The position numbers and the translations under genes are program-made. From Octopus bimaculoides (lineage: Eukaryota), in the NCBI RefSeq assembly GCF_001194135.2, contig NC_069007.1, positions 22,156,545 through 22,220,544 on the forward strand: DNA of 64,000 nt, in the 5' to 3' direction. Of the stretch, positions 10,681 through 22,335 are shown one piece after another; the stretch's first letter is position 1, and every line of letters starts with the position of its first letter. Below the pieces are notes generated by a model. The model was not told the origin of the DNA and did not search any database. It saw only the letters and a list, made by a program, of their open reading frames with translations.

Positions 10681-11440
10681 GAAGTGTGAAGTTTTGTTCT
10701 TGGAATGGGTTTCATACAGTTTTCATTTCACTTACAAGGCATTGGTTGGTCAAGTCAAGGTTACAGTAACAGACACTTGTCCAAGGTGTTGCACAACCTG
10801 GTTAAACCTGAAACCATGTGGTTTTGAAGTGGACTTCTTGACCATATAGTCATGCCTGCATCTTGTTCTGCTGTAGAGAAGAAAATCTTTTTCATCAATG
10901 CACAATATATATGTACTGCAACACACAGTTTGTTATCTGCTGACCTTTTGCTAAAATTTGAAGCCATTTAGTAGATGTTGTTGCTTATTTTGTAGTCTTG
11001 CATGGCCATCTGTTTGATGTATTAAAGTAATTTCTGCTTTTCTCTATTTCTGATTTGATGTTCTTACTAAAGTAGTAAATAGCAATCTGACATATGTCAC
11101 ATCACATTTTCTTTTATAGTTTTTACTGTATTTTGACTCTTACCATGTTACGTTTAGTGTTCTCATATTTAAAAATATACACATTTCCTTCAATTAGGAT
11201 TGAACTCGAGTATCATTGTAATTTAACATTTGTTTTCCATGCTGGCCTGGGTTGGAGGGTTTGACTGTAGCCCCAATTGTTTGTTTTGGTATGTTTTCTA
11301 TCACTAGATGCTCTTCCTAATGCCAACCACTTTACAGCGTGTACTGGTTGCTTTCATGGGGTGCCTTTGTATGTTGCACCAGCACTGGTGCCTATAATGT
11401 GACGCCAGCTTGGATGCTTTTTACATGGCACACTCCACAG

Positions 11441-11690
11441 ATCCAGTCGTTTTCACCAAATCTCTTCTCTTAAATGTTTCAAAACATCACAGCAGAACCC
11501 TTTATGATCTCATCCCTGAGGGATGAGCCCTCAATTCACAATGCCACATTTCTAAGAGTGATGCTTGTGACAGGCCTTCTAGGGACAGTCTTCTGCTTTT
11601 GAAGCCCCTGTGCCACTCAAAACATTATGTATCCTCAGCATAGCCATTGTCTAATAACAGCTTCGGCTGTGTATGTGTAGCTCCCTTAAA
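11441..11690 (-). pseudogene. Decayed internally deleted mariner transposase fragment
   Basis: Minus strand reads EWHRGFKSRRLSLE (HTH-like), then GIVN*GLIPQG and GFCCDVLKHLREEIW*KRLDL (mariner catalytic-domain-like). Homologous to 33113-33889. Confidence 0.7.
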
Positions 11691-11832
11691 CTTGTGTTGA
11701 ATAAGGGCCAGTGGTTTTAATAACCATTGATAAGTTTGTTACCATAAATTTCTCTCGGGCCTTCTGTATTTGTGTGTGAGCATTTGTCTGAAGAAATGTG
11801 AAACAATTGACTTTTTTTTCTCTCTCATTCAG

Positions 11833-11919
11833 TTGGAATGGTAAACAAACCTGTTCAAGAACAAACACCAGAGTTCCAAATTCAACAAGAAGATTTTCCA
11901 GCATTACCTGGCTCTCAGA
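11833..11919 (+). CDS. CNOT2: CNOT2 coding exon
   Basis: tctctctcattcag|...AGA|gtatgt; phase 1-1; VGMVNKPVQEQTPEFQIQQEDFPALPGSQ matches human VGMVTKPANEQSQDFSIHNEDFPALPGS. Confidence 0.95.
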
Positions 11920-12542
11920 GTATGTTTAACCTTTTTTGTTTCTTATATCTTTCTTCCTTCCCTCACCCCTGCTCTCTCTCTCTCTCTCTCTCATTCTGCT
12001 CATTGTCTTTTAATGTCTTCCTCATTTCTTCTTCCCCCTTCACCTCTCTCTGTTTGCTTCCCCCTCTCCCTTTCTACTTATCTCTGTTATTTTCTTTTTG
12101 TCCTGTTTTTTTTTCTTTCATTTATACTTCTCTACCTCTGATTGCTTTCAACATTTTAAGTTTAGAACTTGAGTATGTCTCTATATGTGTCCAGGAAATA
12201 TGCTGTTAGAAATTTCACCTTAGATAAAGCATATTATATCAACATTTAAAAAAAATATATATATAAAGTCTTTATTTAGTGTCAAACATTTAACAAACAT
12301 GATGGTCATTTAGAATGTAGTATATATATATATCAATAAATAAATTCAATAAGTAAATTACAACCACTCCTGAATACATAACTAAACAGCGACAACAAAA
12401 GTCATACAAAAATTATAATCCCTACTGTCTTCGACTGTGTGTGTATGAATGTTTTCTATTGGATATTTTAATTATTGATCCTGTAGATCAAACCTAATTA
12501 TCTCCTGTCTGTTTTCCTTTTGCCTTCCCTCATTTCTGTTAG

Positions 12543-12583
12543 ATCCACCTGTGTCAACGACAAATGATTTTTCACGAAAAACT
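12543..12583 (+). CDS. CNOT2: CNOT2 coding micro-exon (41 nt)
   Basis: ccctcatttctgttag|...ACT|gtgagt; phase 1-0 (PPVSTTNDFSRKT). Needed to bridge phases between the 11833 and 13102 exons. Confidence 0.8.
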
Positions 12584-13101
12584 GTGAGTATACATGGTTT
12601 TATTTTAATTATTTGAAGTGTCTCCTGTTGTTTACTTACTTTTGCAGGATGGTGTTAAGAGGAGGGTGTATAGTTACTTCCCAACCTTACTCTTCTATTT
12701 GTGGGGGCAGGACTTGAAACTAACTCTCAATTGTCTTGTGTTATGATTGAAACTTTCACTGTGAGATGTAGAAATTGCAGACATGTTCAACCCATTCTGA
12801 CATGGAAAAATGTAGAGAATATATGAATGATGATTAAGACAGTGTATTTTGACATGTATGGTAACAAAGGGGTTAATGTAATTCTAGATGCTATGTTTGA
12901 GTAAAAGATGGGATGGACATGGCTGGAATGTCTGAGTAAAGGGTTCATGTAACTAGTAGCTGTAAAGGTAATTAGCTGAAGTATCCTTTTGTAAAGTTGG
13001 AGACCATTATATGAACCTTCCCCCTCCCCCTTGCCCTCCTGTAAAATTCTGTTGTTAATGAACCGTATAATGACTGTTTGTTATCTTGCTGTCTCTGTTA
13101 G

Positions 13102-13219
13102 CCAACCAGTTCAGTATCGGGAACATACGAGCAAGCTGTTAGTAAAGATGGTAATAAGTTCCAGGTTGAAAAAACATCCTGTACTAAACCTAACCGCGGT
13201 ATACAAACACACCATGATG
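13102..13219 (+). CDS. CNOT2: CNOT2 coding exon
   Basis: ttgctgtctctgttag|...ATG|gtaagt; phase 0-1; ...SKDGNKFQVEK...NRGIQTHHDG matches human STDGPKFPGDK...KKGIQVLPDG. Confidence 0.9.
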
Positions 13220-13285
13220 GTAAGTTCATTCCTTCCTTCCTTTGTGTGTGAGAGAGTTTGAACTCCCAAAGCCTTTTGTTTAAGG

Positions 13286-13533
13286 CAGTGGTTCTCAACC
13301 CTTTTTTTTTTACCTTTGGACTCCTTTAATCCCTAATTTACTCAAGTGGATCCTCATAGCAATTCACTGTTTAAAAAAAATCCTATTATAATTATATTTT
13401 GATAATTAAATGTTATTAGGAAGTGTATCAATGCAAATTAAAATATTTTGGTGAATTGTAAAAGTATGACCAACTTATTGGACATAATTTTTAACAACAA
13501 AGGGTCATGTGGACCCCTGGTTGAGAACCACTG
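13286..13533. mobile_element. hAT (Charlie-type) MITE
   Basis: Perfect 15-bp TIR cagtggttctcaacc / ggttgagaaccactg; 8-bp flanks gtttaagg and gtttgaag (6/8 identical, TSD-like). Confidence 0.85.
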
Positions 13534-13839
13534 GTTTGAAGCTTTTGTTCTGTGTTCAAATACTGCTGAAATTGTCTTTATATTGTATCCATCCTAGGTC
13601 TTTATGCTTAAGATAGTTTTCTTATTGATCCTGTAGATCAAACCTATTTATCTCCTGTTTGTTTTCTTTTTCTCTTCCCTAATTTTTGCTAGCTCCACCT
13701 GTATCGATGATAATGATATTTAAAAAAAAATTTTATCCACCCATATTTAGAAGCTGTACTTTAACAGTATTCTATAATGCATCCTTTTTTCTTTTCTCCC
13801 CTCCTCCTTTTTTTTTTTCTTTTTTTTGCTGTCTTTCAG

Positions 13840-13996
13840 GTACTGTGTCAAATATCCCCTCTGGAATGGTCACCGATCAGTTTGGAATTGTTGGGCTTCT
13901 GACATTCATCAGAGCTGCTGAAAATGATCCTAATCTAGTTGCTTTAGCTCCCGGAATAGATCTCACTACTCTAGGCCTTAATATGAATTCTCCTGA
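13840..13996 (+). CDS. CNOT2: CNOT2 coding exon (NOT1-anchoring/connector region)
   Basis: ttttgctgtctttcag|...TGA|gtaagt; TVSNIPSGMVTDQFGIVGLLTFIRAAENDPNLVALAPGIDLTTLGLNMNSPE is near-identical to human CNOT2. Confidence 0.97.
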
Positions 13997-14651
13997 GTAA
14001 GTATTCCCTGCTTTTCTTACCACTACCCTTAACCATTGCTGCTGCAAGTGTTGTTGTTGTTGTTGTTGTTGTTGTTGGTCATTTTTCCAGTGGAATTATT
14101 TCCATCACTTTTACCTTATCATTAACTGTTTTATATGTGCACCTCCTCTCTGCATAGTCATTTCCTATATGTTGCTCCCCCGTCTCCCTCATTTTTCCAT
14201 CTCTCTCTCTCTCCCCCACCATTAGATATCATTTCATAGCTTAGTTACATAAAAACAAACAGACACACGCACATACACTTATATTGCTGGCTATTCTTGA
14301 AGCACAACCTACCTGTAATCACAGGTAGGTTGTTTTGTACACAGCAGAGATAATAACAACCGGACAGTGGATGGGAGATAGTGATTGTTGCTTAGTCGCA
14401 GCTCAGCTCTATGATGACAGGTGTTTTTGTCCTAACCAGGCATCATTATATCGGTATATCTAGGACTACATTATTCAGTGTGTTCTTTCTCTTTCCAAGA
14501 TGGAGGGAGGTTTAGTTGCTGTTTCTAGTAGGTTGAGTGATCACATGGAGGCTCTTTTGTTGAATGGTTTGTAATTAATGGTGGAATGAAGCAGTAGTAA
14601 ATAAGTGACTTGGTTTGAAGAAGAAATGAAAGTATAGTTTGTGGAGGGTTG

Positions 14652-14975
14652 ATAGTGGTAAGAAGTTTGCCTTCCAACCACATGGTTCTGGGTTCAGTCC
14701 CACTGTGCGGCACCTTGGGCAAGTGTCTTCTACAGTAGCCTTGGGCTGACCAAAGTCTTGAGTAGATTTGGTAGACGGAGACTGAAAGAAACCTGTGTGT
14801 GTTTATGTGTCTATTTTTGTCCCCCATCACTACTTGACAACCTATGTTGATGTGTTTACATCCCTATAACTTAGCAGTTTGGCAAAATATAGAATAAGTA
14901 TGAAACTTTTAAAAAAACAAAAAAACATAAATACTGGGGTTGATTTCGCCCAGCATGGCTGCAGTCTAAAAAACA
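14652..14975 (+). mobile_element. tRNA-derived SINE family B, near full length
   Basis: agtggtaagaagtttgccttccaaccacatggttctgggttcagtcccactg...ataacttagcagtttggcaaaa. Confidence 0.85.
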
Positions 14976-16589
14976 AAAGATATGTTTGGGTTTTACATGG
15001 CTTGGAGAGCAACAGAGAACAGAATAGTTTTGAGCTGCAGTTTTATTCTGAGAGGTATGAGATAGTTTGTTTAACTTCACTTGAACTCTCCAAAATGGAC
15101 GTGATGAGAAGTTTCAACATAAACGAATAAGAATCATGAAATGGTACTGAGGAAAACCTCTGTTTGGGGACTTCAACTGTAACACACCAACAGCAATTAC
15201 ATCGGAGACTGTGAGAACAGCAGATAAGTACTTGTTGATAAATATAACTTCAGTAGTAGTTGTACAAAGGGCTGCACGCATTCTAGCTGTGCTACTGTGT
15301 GCAGTAACTCGTCAGATGTACTACACCTAATTTGAAAGCTTAAGTCTTGTTACATGCAATGTCACTGATCTTGAGGTCAACATGTCTATAGTCTCTTCAA
15401 CCACAGTGAGACACACAAGCAATATGAAAACCCATCAGATTGATGGCAGTCATGATCCGAGGACCCTAGCCTTACCACGCAGTATCCCTTTGATTCTGCC
15501 TAAAGATTGCATTCATCTTTGACCTTTCACTCCTACCATACAATGTCCTCAAAATAAACAATAACATCATTGAAGTCTCAAAGTTATGAGATAATGGATG
15601 TTTAATTCGAAACCATGTGAATAAAAGGCATTACATTTGACAGAGTAAAGGGTTAAGGTGTTTGCGGAATACTCAGCCAGTGATTTCATGATACAATATG
15701 TAGGTAGTTCAGTTGGTCGATCTATTTGGAATTCTTGTTTTGAAAATGTGCCCCTGGCCAACCAAAGGGTTGTGAGTGGATTCAGGTGATGGAGACTGAA
15801 AGAAATCTTTGTGTGTGTGTGCGCCCTTGTCTAGACATCACAAGATGACTGTAAATGACCATCCTTGTCATTCATATAAGCTAGTTACCTTGCTTGGAAA
15901 CGGATGGTGGTTGGTAAGCAGAAGGGCATCTGAGCATAGGAAATCTGCTTCAACACATTCCCCCTGATCTATGCAAGCATGGAAAAGTGGACATTAAAAC
16001 GATGATGATGAGTGTAGATGACATAAGGATACGACACAATTGCTGGCGACCCACAAGATCAAGGTTTGATGATAGCAGGGGTGACTTGGTTGACTTAACC
16101 CATACAGAACTGAAGTAAAGAGAATATCAAGTATAATACTCATTATTCGTACACATTTGATGTAGTCGTGGCCGATGCCAGTGTCATGTAACAGGCATGT
16201 AAGAAGTACCCTGTGAACTTTGGGCCTCATGTAGGTGATAAGTGGCTGTGACCTTTGGCGATATATTGTGCNNNNNNNNNNTACCAATTTCAGTCAAACT
16301 ATCTAACCCATGCCAGCATGGAAAGCAGATACTAAATGAAAATAATGATGATAACTGTATTCTGGAAGTTATCAAAAGTTTCTCTGGCATTAAACAGTTG
16401 ACAGATGCACACAATACCATTGATAAGATTACAATTGCTTTCTTGATCTTGGCTGTAAGAAGTACCCTGTGAACTTTGGGCCTCATGTAGGTGATAAGTG
16501 GCTGTGACCTTTGGCGATATATTGTGCTTGAGAAAACTCATCAAGCCAAGTGAAATCGTAGTTATGGCCCTGCTATCATTCAGTTCCAG

Positions 16590-16800
16590 CATCATCACTA
16601 TCTAGTGGAACTGAGGGGAAAAGAACGGCAGGGTGCCCTAAAACCACTTGGTGAAGGACCATTGACGAGGAAAGAAGACGATAAAGGTGGAGAAATTGGA
16701 ATGAGACGAGTAACAGTGGCAGGAAACCGAGCTGATTGGAGAGCTTCATGTTGTGGCCTTATGTGTCTCATGGCATGGAGTGAACTAATGGATTCTTTGA
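16590..16800 (+). mobile_element. RTE-clade LINE 3' end fragment
   Basis: Translates to EGKRTAGCPKTTW*RTIDEERR and, after a frameshift, VAGNRADWRASCCGLMC, typical of the RTE ORF2 C-terminus (GKRxRGRPKTTWRRT...DRxxWR). Confidence 0.7.
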
Positions 16801-18466
16801 CTACCCAGAACCTCCACTGCCTCTGCTAGGAAACTCTGTTCATGGTACTTATATGTAACCAGGATTATCTATTTATATGGAGCTTTGGTGAGAGATTATC
16901 TCTATCAGTAACATGTTGGAGTTTCAGTGTTGAGGTACACCCACTGTTGACTTTTTGGTATAAATGTCTAACATAAAATAATGTGATAATTATATTGGTA
17001 TTTGACGATGGAGCTCAGCAGTTTTTCAATTAACCTTTTATTTCTCGTTTTGGGGGTGTTTTCACTTGACTTTTTGTCTGTTTTTCTTTTTTTTTAACTA
17101 TTTTTTTTTGTTTTTTTTTTTGTGTTTTTACTGTTTCTTTACCATTCTGCTATTGAGGAATCTTTCATTTGGCTATTGTGTTTCTTTTCCTTTTTTTTTT
17201 TGTTTTCTGGGGAACTAAATGTTTCTTCTCCCTGTTTCATTTTAACTTGTAGTGCCCTATCTGCACATCAGAGAAGCATGAGGTTTTGCACAGGAAAACC
17301 ACAAAGACAGCATATAATGTATGTAAAATGTTAAATGTATGTAGTGGGGTTAGATAGACTATGATGGGCTTAGAATCAACAACAACATACACTTTTACCC
17401 TTGCCCTCTGCCTCTTTCAAGATGAATATTTAAGCAGTCATTTCTTCCTAGTTACATCATTTTCATCATATTGTGTCATCTCTTTATCCCTCTATTTTCT
17501 CTTGTCACAATCACAAACATCTCCATCACTTCCCACTTTATCAATTTCACACTTATTACTAACTTATATTCAGAGTATATATATATATGTATATATATAT
17601 ATGCGTGCGTGTGTGCGTAATTACTAATTGCTTTTGTTTCATTTATGATACAAGAACATGAAAACACTGAATGCACCCTTATGTTAGTAATATATAAATG
17701 TCTGTTTGTCATAAATGTAAGATAGATAGAATTGCATATCCAAATCCTGGGTTTTGTTCAATCATGGTTCTTCTGACTCTGCCGACGTGTACAGTCAACC
17801 AAAAGATCCATTGTTCCAAACCTTCCTTGGTATATGTAATCCTCTTTTTATTACACACAACAAATATTTTGTATCTCTCTCTCTATATATATATATTTTA
17901 GATTCTGTAACACTATTTTTATGCATGCTCACACACACACACACACACAAACACATAAACAGTTTGGGGGAGGTTATGTTGCAAGGAGGTATGGTAAATT
18001 ATTATCCATAGCTAAAATTTTGCCAAGTATATCATAAAAGATGTGTGAAATTCTTTATTTGTAGGTTGCATTTCTGTAGTTTGAAGACACTAACCTTCAA
18101 TGTCTTTTATGCACAAACATATTTCCTGGTGTATAAGTAGTAATATGAATACAATTGTCGTAATTAAAGAAATGAGAATTAGAATGGACTAAGTTTGGCA
18201 TCATTTGCTATGTCACCTTTTTTTTACATGTTAATAAATATATATATATATATTTGCTAATTAATGTTTGTAATTATTTATGTAGGAAAATAACTAAGAA
18301 ATATTGTTGGTAATTAAGTCCTATGTAAGCATCATATTTACATTTTTTTTTTCCATTTATTGATGAAGTTTACCAGTAAAGTCATTACAAAACCATTCTA
18401 TGATTTGAGAACCTGTAGCAGACTGTGGGTCCGTCCTTAAGACGTCTCTTTAAGAACCTTTAGTGT

Positions 18467-18688
18467 TTAACCCTTTAGCATTCAGATTACTCTCTCAAAT
18501 GGAATGCTTATTTATTCACATTGTTTTGAATTAATCCTGTATTATCTCATAGCTTTGAGATGTCAATGCTGCGATTGTAAATTTTTTAAATGACAATGTA
18601 GAGTAAGTATGAGAGGCCAGATCTGACTGATTTGAACATAAAACAATATTTAGACCGGATATGGTTAGTTTAAATGCTAAAGGTATAA
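18467..18688. mobile_element. TTAA-ended (piggyBac-like) MITE family D, full copy
   Basis: ttaaccctttagcatt ... aatgctaaaggtataa TIRs. Related copies at 975, 6785, 15510, 23350, 24788, 29035-29365, 30499-30848. Confidence 0.85.
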
Positions 18689-19524
18689 TTAGAGATACAG
18701 TAGGGCCAAAATTAATCCTTGTCCAGTTCGCTGCAAATCAGTTAATTCCCCAATGAGCATTGAACTGTGCCACTCTTTGAGCAATCAAGCATTACTAGTC
18801 ATTGCTGTCAATTTAAAATCATAATGAATTACGCTAAACAACAGTTTTCCAAATGTTTGCATATATAAACTTTTCAAACTTTCGATTGACAACAATTTGA
18901 TCATTTCAGCTGAGGCTGTTGATTGGTTTATTGACACATTTGCATGTTTTTTATGCAGTGTCTTCTTTATATTCTGACAGTAAAATAATTTATTTCTATT
19001 ACCTCATTATCCCCAAAGTGTTAAATTTAGAAAAACAGTGAAATAAAAGAAAACCTCTCAGAAATCAAAAATCCAGGAAATGATTCCTTAAACCTTGGTC
19101 TGCTGCAGTATTAATAATGGGATAACTACTGTTATTTTCTGGAACTTTCTTTGTATTTTTATGTTTAATTTGTTGATGTGATTTAGTATCACAGACAATT
19201 GTATCAACTACAAATTTACTGTTGTACTAATTACAAAGTCTACGATGGTCTCTTTTATTACATCTTATGATGACATTAATTAATAACTAAATCAGCGTGA
19301 CTTCTTAGCTTCTCAAATCACATTTTTATTAATGAAACTTATGGTTTAATTATCTAATGTTTTATTAAAGATTTTGTTGTGTGTGTGTAAGCTCATTATA
19401 TACTGAAGTTTTACAAGAATTTTGTCTGTCATTTAACGAGGCTGGTAGAAAATTCTGTATATGTAGCACGGAATTTTGCCTTGAAGTTCAAATTTAAGTA
19501 GCAAGCATCATTATTAATGAGGAC

Positions 19525-19680
19525 CATGGCTGCAGAATTGGTAGAGTATCAGATGAAATGCCCTGTAGTACTTACCAACCACTTTTTATGTTGAGGTCAA
19601 GTTTGCTTTCATTTTTTTTTGTGGGGGGGGGGGTCAATAAAATAAGTACCAACCAAATATTAATCTTGATTAAAACAACA
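19525..19680 (+). mobile_element. tRNA-derived SINE family A copy
   Basis: ggctgcagaattggtagag...gaggtcaagtttgctttc...ggggtcaataaaataagtacc. Confidence 0.7.
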
Positions 19681-19744
19681 ATATTTCATCCTCAAAATTT
19701 CAGACTCTGTACCTATTTTGGGAATAATAATAATCCTATCTACT

Positions 19745-20155
19745 ATAGGCACAAGGCCTGAAATTCGGAGGGAGGGGACTAGTTGATTACATCAACCCCA
19801 GTGTTACACTAGTACTTCATTTATTGACCCCAGAAGAACGAAAGGCAAAGTCGACCTCGGCGGAATTTGATCTCAGAACTTAAAGACAGACAAAATGCTG
19901 CTAAGCATTTTTCCAGTGTGTTAATGATTCTGCCAGCTTGCCTTAATAATAATTAACAGTTTCAAATTTTGGCACAAGGCCAGCAATTTCGGGGGTGGAA
20001 GGAGTCAGTCAATTACATCGACCCCAGTGATCAACTGGTCCTTTGTTTTACTGACCCCCGAAAGGATGAAAGGCAAAGTTGATCTTAGATGGATTTGCAC
20101 TTAGAAAGTAAAGAGCTGGAAGAAATGCTCCAAGCATTTTATCATGCAAGCTAAA
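19745..20155 (-). mobile_element. Two tandem SINE family A copies
   Basis: ggcacaaggcc...accccagtg...ttattgacccc..aaggcaaagtcgacctcggcggaatttga, repeated from ~19955. Confidence 0.85.
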
Positions 20156-20692
20156 CACTAATTATTATAATAATTAAGAGTTTATAGTTATGAGGTTTTT
20201 GTTTTTTTGTTGTTTTTTTTTTTTTTTGTAATTACATTTTGAGTTGGAACCAACATTCAGTTTGCTGATAATTTTGGGGAAAGTCATGGATGTGTGAGCA
20301 AGAAGTTTGCTTTGTGGGGTACCCATTGTGGGGTACGTTGGGAAGGGCTTTCTGCCATTGTATTGTGTTGGCCAATTCTTTGGGTGCCACATTTGGTTAA
20401 CAGAAATTGAAGAAACCCATTGTATGAGAGAATGTGTGTGTGTGTGTATAACATATATTGATAGAGACACAGATCGATGTGTAAATGTAAAACAAAAACT
20501 AATGCAGCAATCCCTAATGCCATGTGTTTATTTGTCCTAGGATGTACAGGTACCCCTTTATCAATCTCACTGTTGGAAATGCAGTGATGAGCCTGTTATA
20601 AACCTGTAACCAATGCAGGATCTAAAAGCAGGTCACATCTACTATTGGCACCTTGTTCTGCTTTAAGGAGGATTCCTTAAGTGTACATTTCA

Positions 20693-20912
20693 TTAACCCT
20701 TTTGGTACCAACTTGGCAGATACCACTTCTGGTTTTATGATAAAAAAACTTGATCTGTGAATTAAAATCTTTCCATCAAAATTTCATGTTAATTTGTGTT
20801 CCAAAAACTTGCTTAATAATGAGTTATTTCACTAAATTCTTCATTATTTCCAAAATTAATTGAAACCAAAGTGGTGTTATGTGAGCAGAGATCTGGTATC
20901 AAAATGGGTTAA
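20693..20912. mobile_element. TTAA-ended (piggyBac-like) MITE family E
   Basis: TIRs ttaacccttttggtacca / tggtatcaaaatgggttaa; interior unrelated to family D. Confidence 0.75.
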
Positions 20913-21544
20913 TTATCATGCTGTGAAGAAATAGATTTGTAAAGATTGTCTGGAGTCACTGCATGAGATGGATTTTCTTTTGTGTCCTAAAGATGGGGGA
21001 AGATTTCTCATCTGCTTAATCCCCATCTTTCGTTATGAGCTTCTGTTGTTCCTGTATGAAGAACTGGCTTCAACGTAGACTCGCCTCCCTTGGAACTTGA
21101 CATTCTGCCCATTATGGTGATGGAGTGTGTGAAGCATTAACGCTCTTTACAAACATCCTAGATGTTTCTACTCTGTCAAGAACATCAGGACTGGGGGTGG
21201 GGGTGGGATGTCTATGTCCTGTTTGCAATTGCAGAGGCACCTGAAACAATTCAACAAAAGCATACTACAAAGTCTTCATCAATTCCAAGTGACAGCCATA
21301 GATTTTATATTCTGAGTTAATTCCTTTGGCAAGGGATAGTGTTTAATAAACTAAGTACTAGTTATATAATTAATTTAACTTATTGTCTCTAAATCTTATA
21401 TTCTTGTCATTACCATCACCATCTTTTATAACTAAACACTTTAATCCAGAAATATCTCTTTAAAGAAGCACCAAAATTATTTTACTGTCAACAACTGATA
21501 AACATCAAAGCTAAATTATGTTCTGTTTTTTTCTCTTCCCACAG

Positions 21545-21606
21545 AAATCTCTATAGTACATTTCAAAGTCCATGGGCTGATTCACCGTGCAGACCGCAAG
21601 ATATTG
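21545..21606 (+). CDS. CNOT2: CNOT2 coding exon
   Basis: ttctcttcccacag|...TTG|gtttgt; phase 2-1; NLYSTFQSPWADSPCRPQDI matches human NLYPKFASPWASSPCRPQDI. Confidence 0.96.
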
Positions 21607-22285
21607 GTTTGTATTGATTTCTTTTCTTTTGTCTCTCTCACTGTCCATGCATCTCTCTCTCTCTCTCTCTTTGTCACCATCATCTCTCTCTCTCTCTTTC
21701 TCTCATCACTCTCCGTATCTTTCTCTTTGTCCCTCTCTCTCTCTCTCTGTCTTGGTGTCTTCCTTTTTCTCTCCATTATCTTCCTTAGATCTTTGTATCT
21801 GTATTTCTGTATATATTTCTTTCTTTCTTGTCATCTCTCTGTCTTTCTCATGTCATTTTTTGTTCTTACATTAACACAAGGCTACACAATTACGGGGAGG
21901 AATTATAATTAGTTAAAATAACCTATAGTAAATATTACAGTAAACACTGTTTCATAGACCCTGGTGAGATGAAAAGCAGGTTGGATTTGACTATTTATAC
22001 AACATTGTTATTGTTTAGACTCCAGTTGTTGGGTCGGTTTGAATTATGAAAAAAGAGAAGTAGAATGCAGCCAGTTTGAATGCTAAACGGTTAAGTTCAG
22101 CTGTGTATTAACGCTCTCATCTGCAGCTATTTCTGTCTTGTCTTCTACAACAGAAAATCCTTTCTATAATGTTAGTCACTCATCTTCAACGCTCATGAAT
22201 GTATACCATTGTTTTTCTTATTTTAGATGTAGAAATTTGCTGTTGACAAATTCCTTGATGTTTATTTTTGTTTCTATCTTTTCAG

Positions 22286-22335
22286 ATTTCCATGTTCCCT
22301 GTGAATATTTAACCAATATATATATACGAGATAAA
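22286..22335 (+). CDS. CNOT2: CNOT2 coding exon
   Basis: tttctatcttttcag|...AAA|gtgagt; phase 1-0; DFHVPCEYLTNIYIRDK matches human DFHVPSEYLTNIHIRDK. Confidence 0.96.

Noticed and set aside
15130-15520. LFGDFN motif suggesting a LINE endonuclease remnant
   Set aside because: A single short motif with no further supporting frame; too weak to annotate.
16198-16527. Identical 74-bp direct repeat (16198-16271 and 16454-16527)
   Set aside because: The first copy ends exactly at a 10-N gap and the sequence is repeat-derived, so it is most likely a scaffolding overlap artefact.
17700-17860. GC-richer island with short open frames on both strands (e.g. MFNHGSSDSADVYSQPKDPLFQTFLG)
   Set aside because: No recognisable homology, splice signals or snoRNA boxes that I could confirm.
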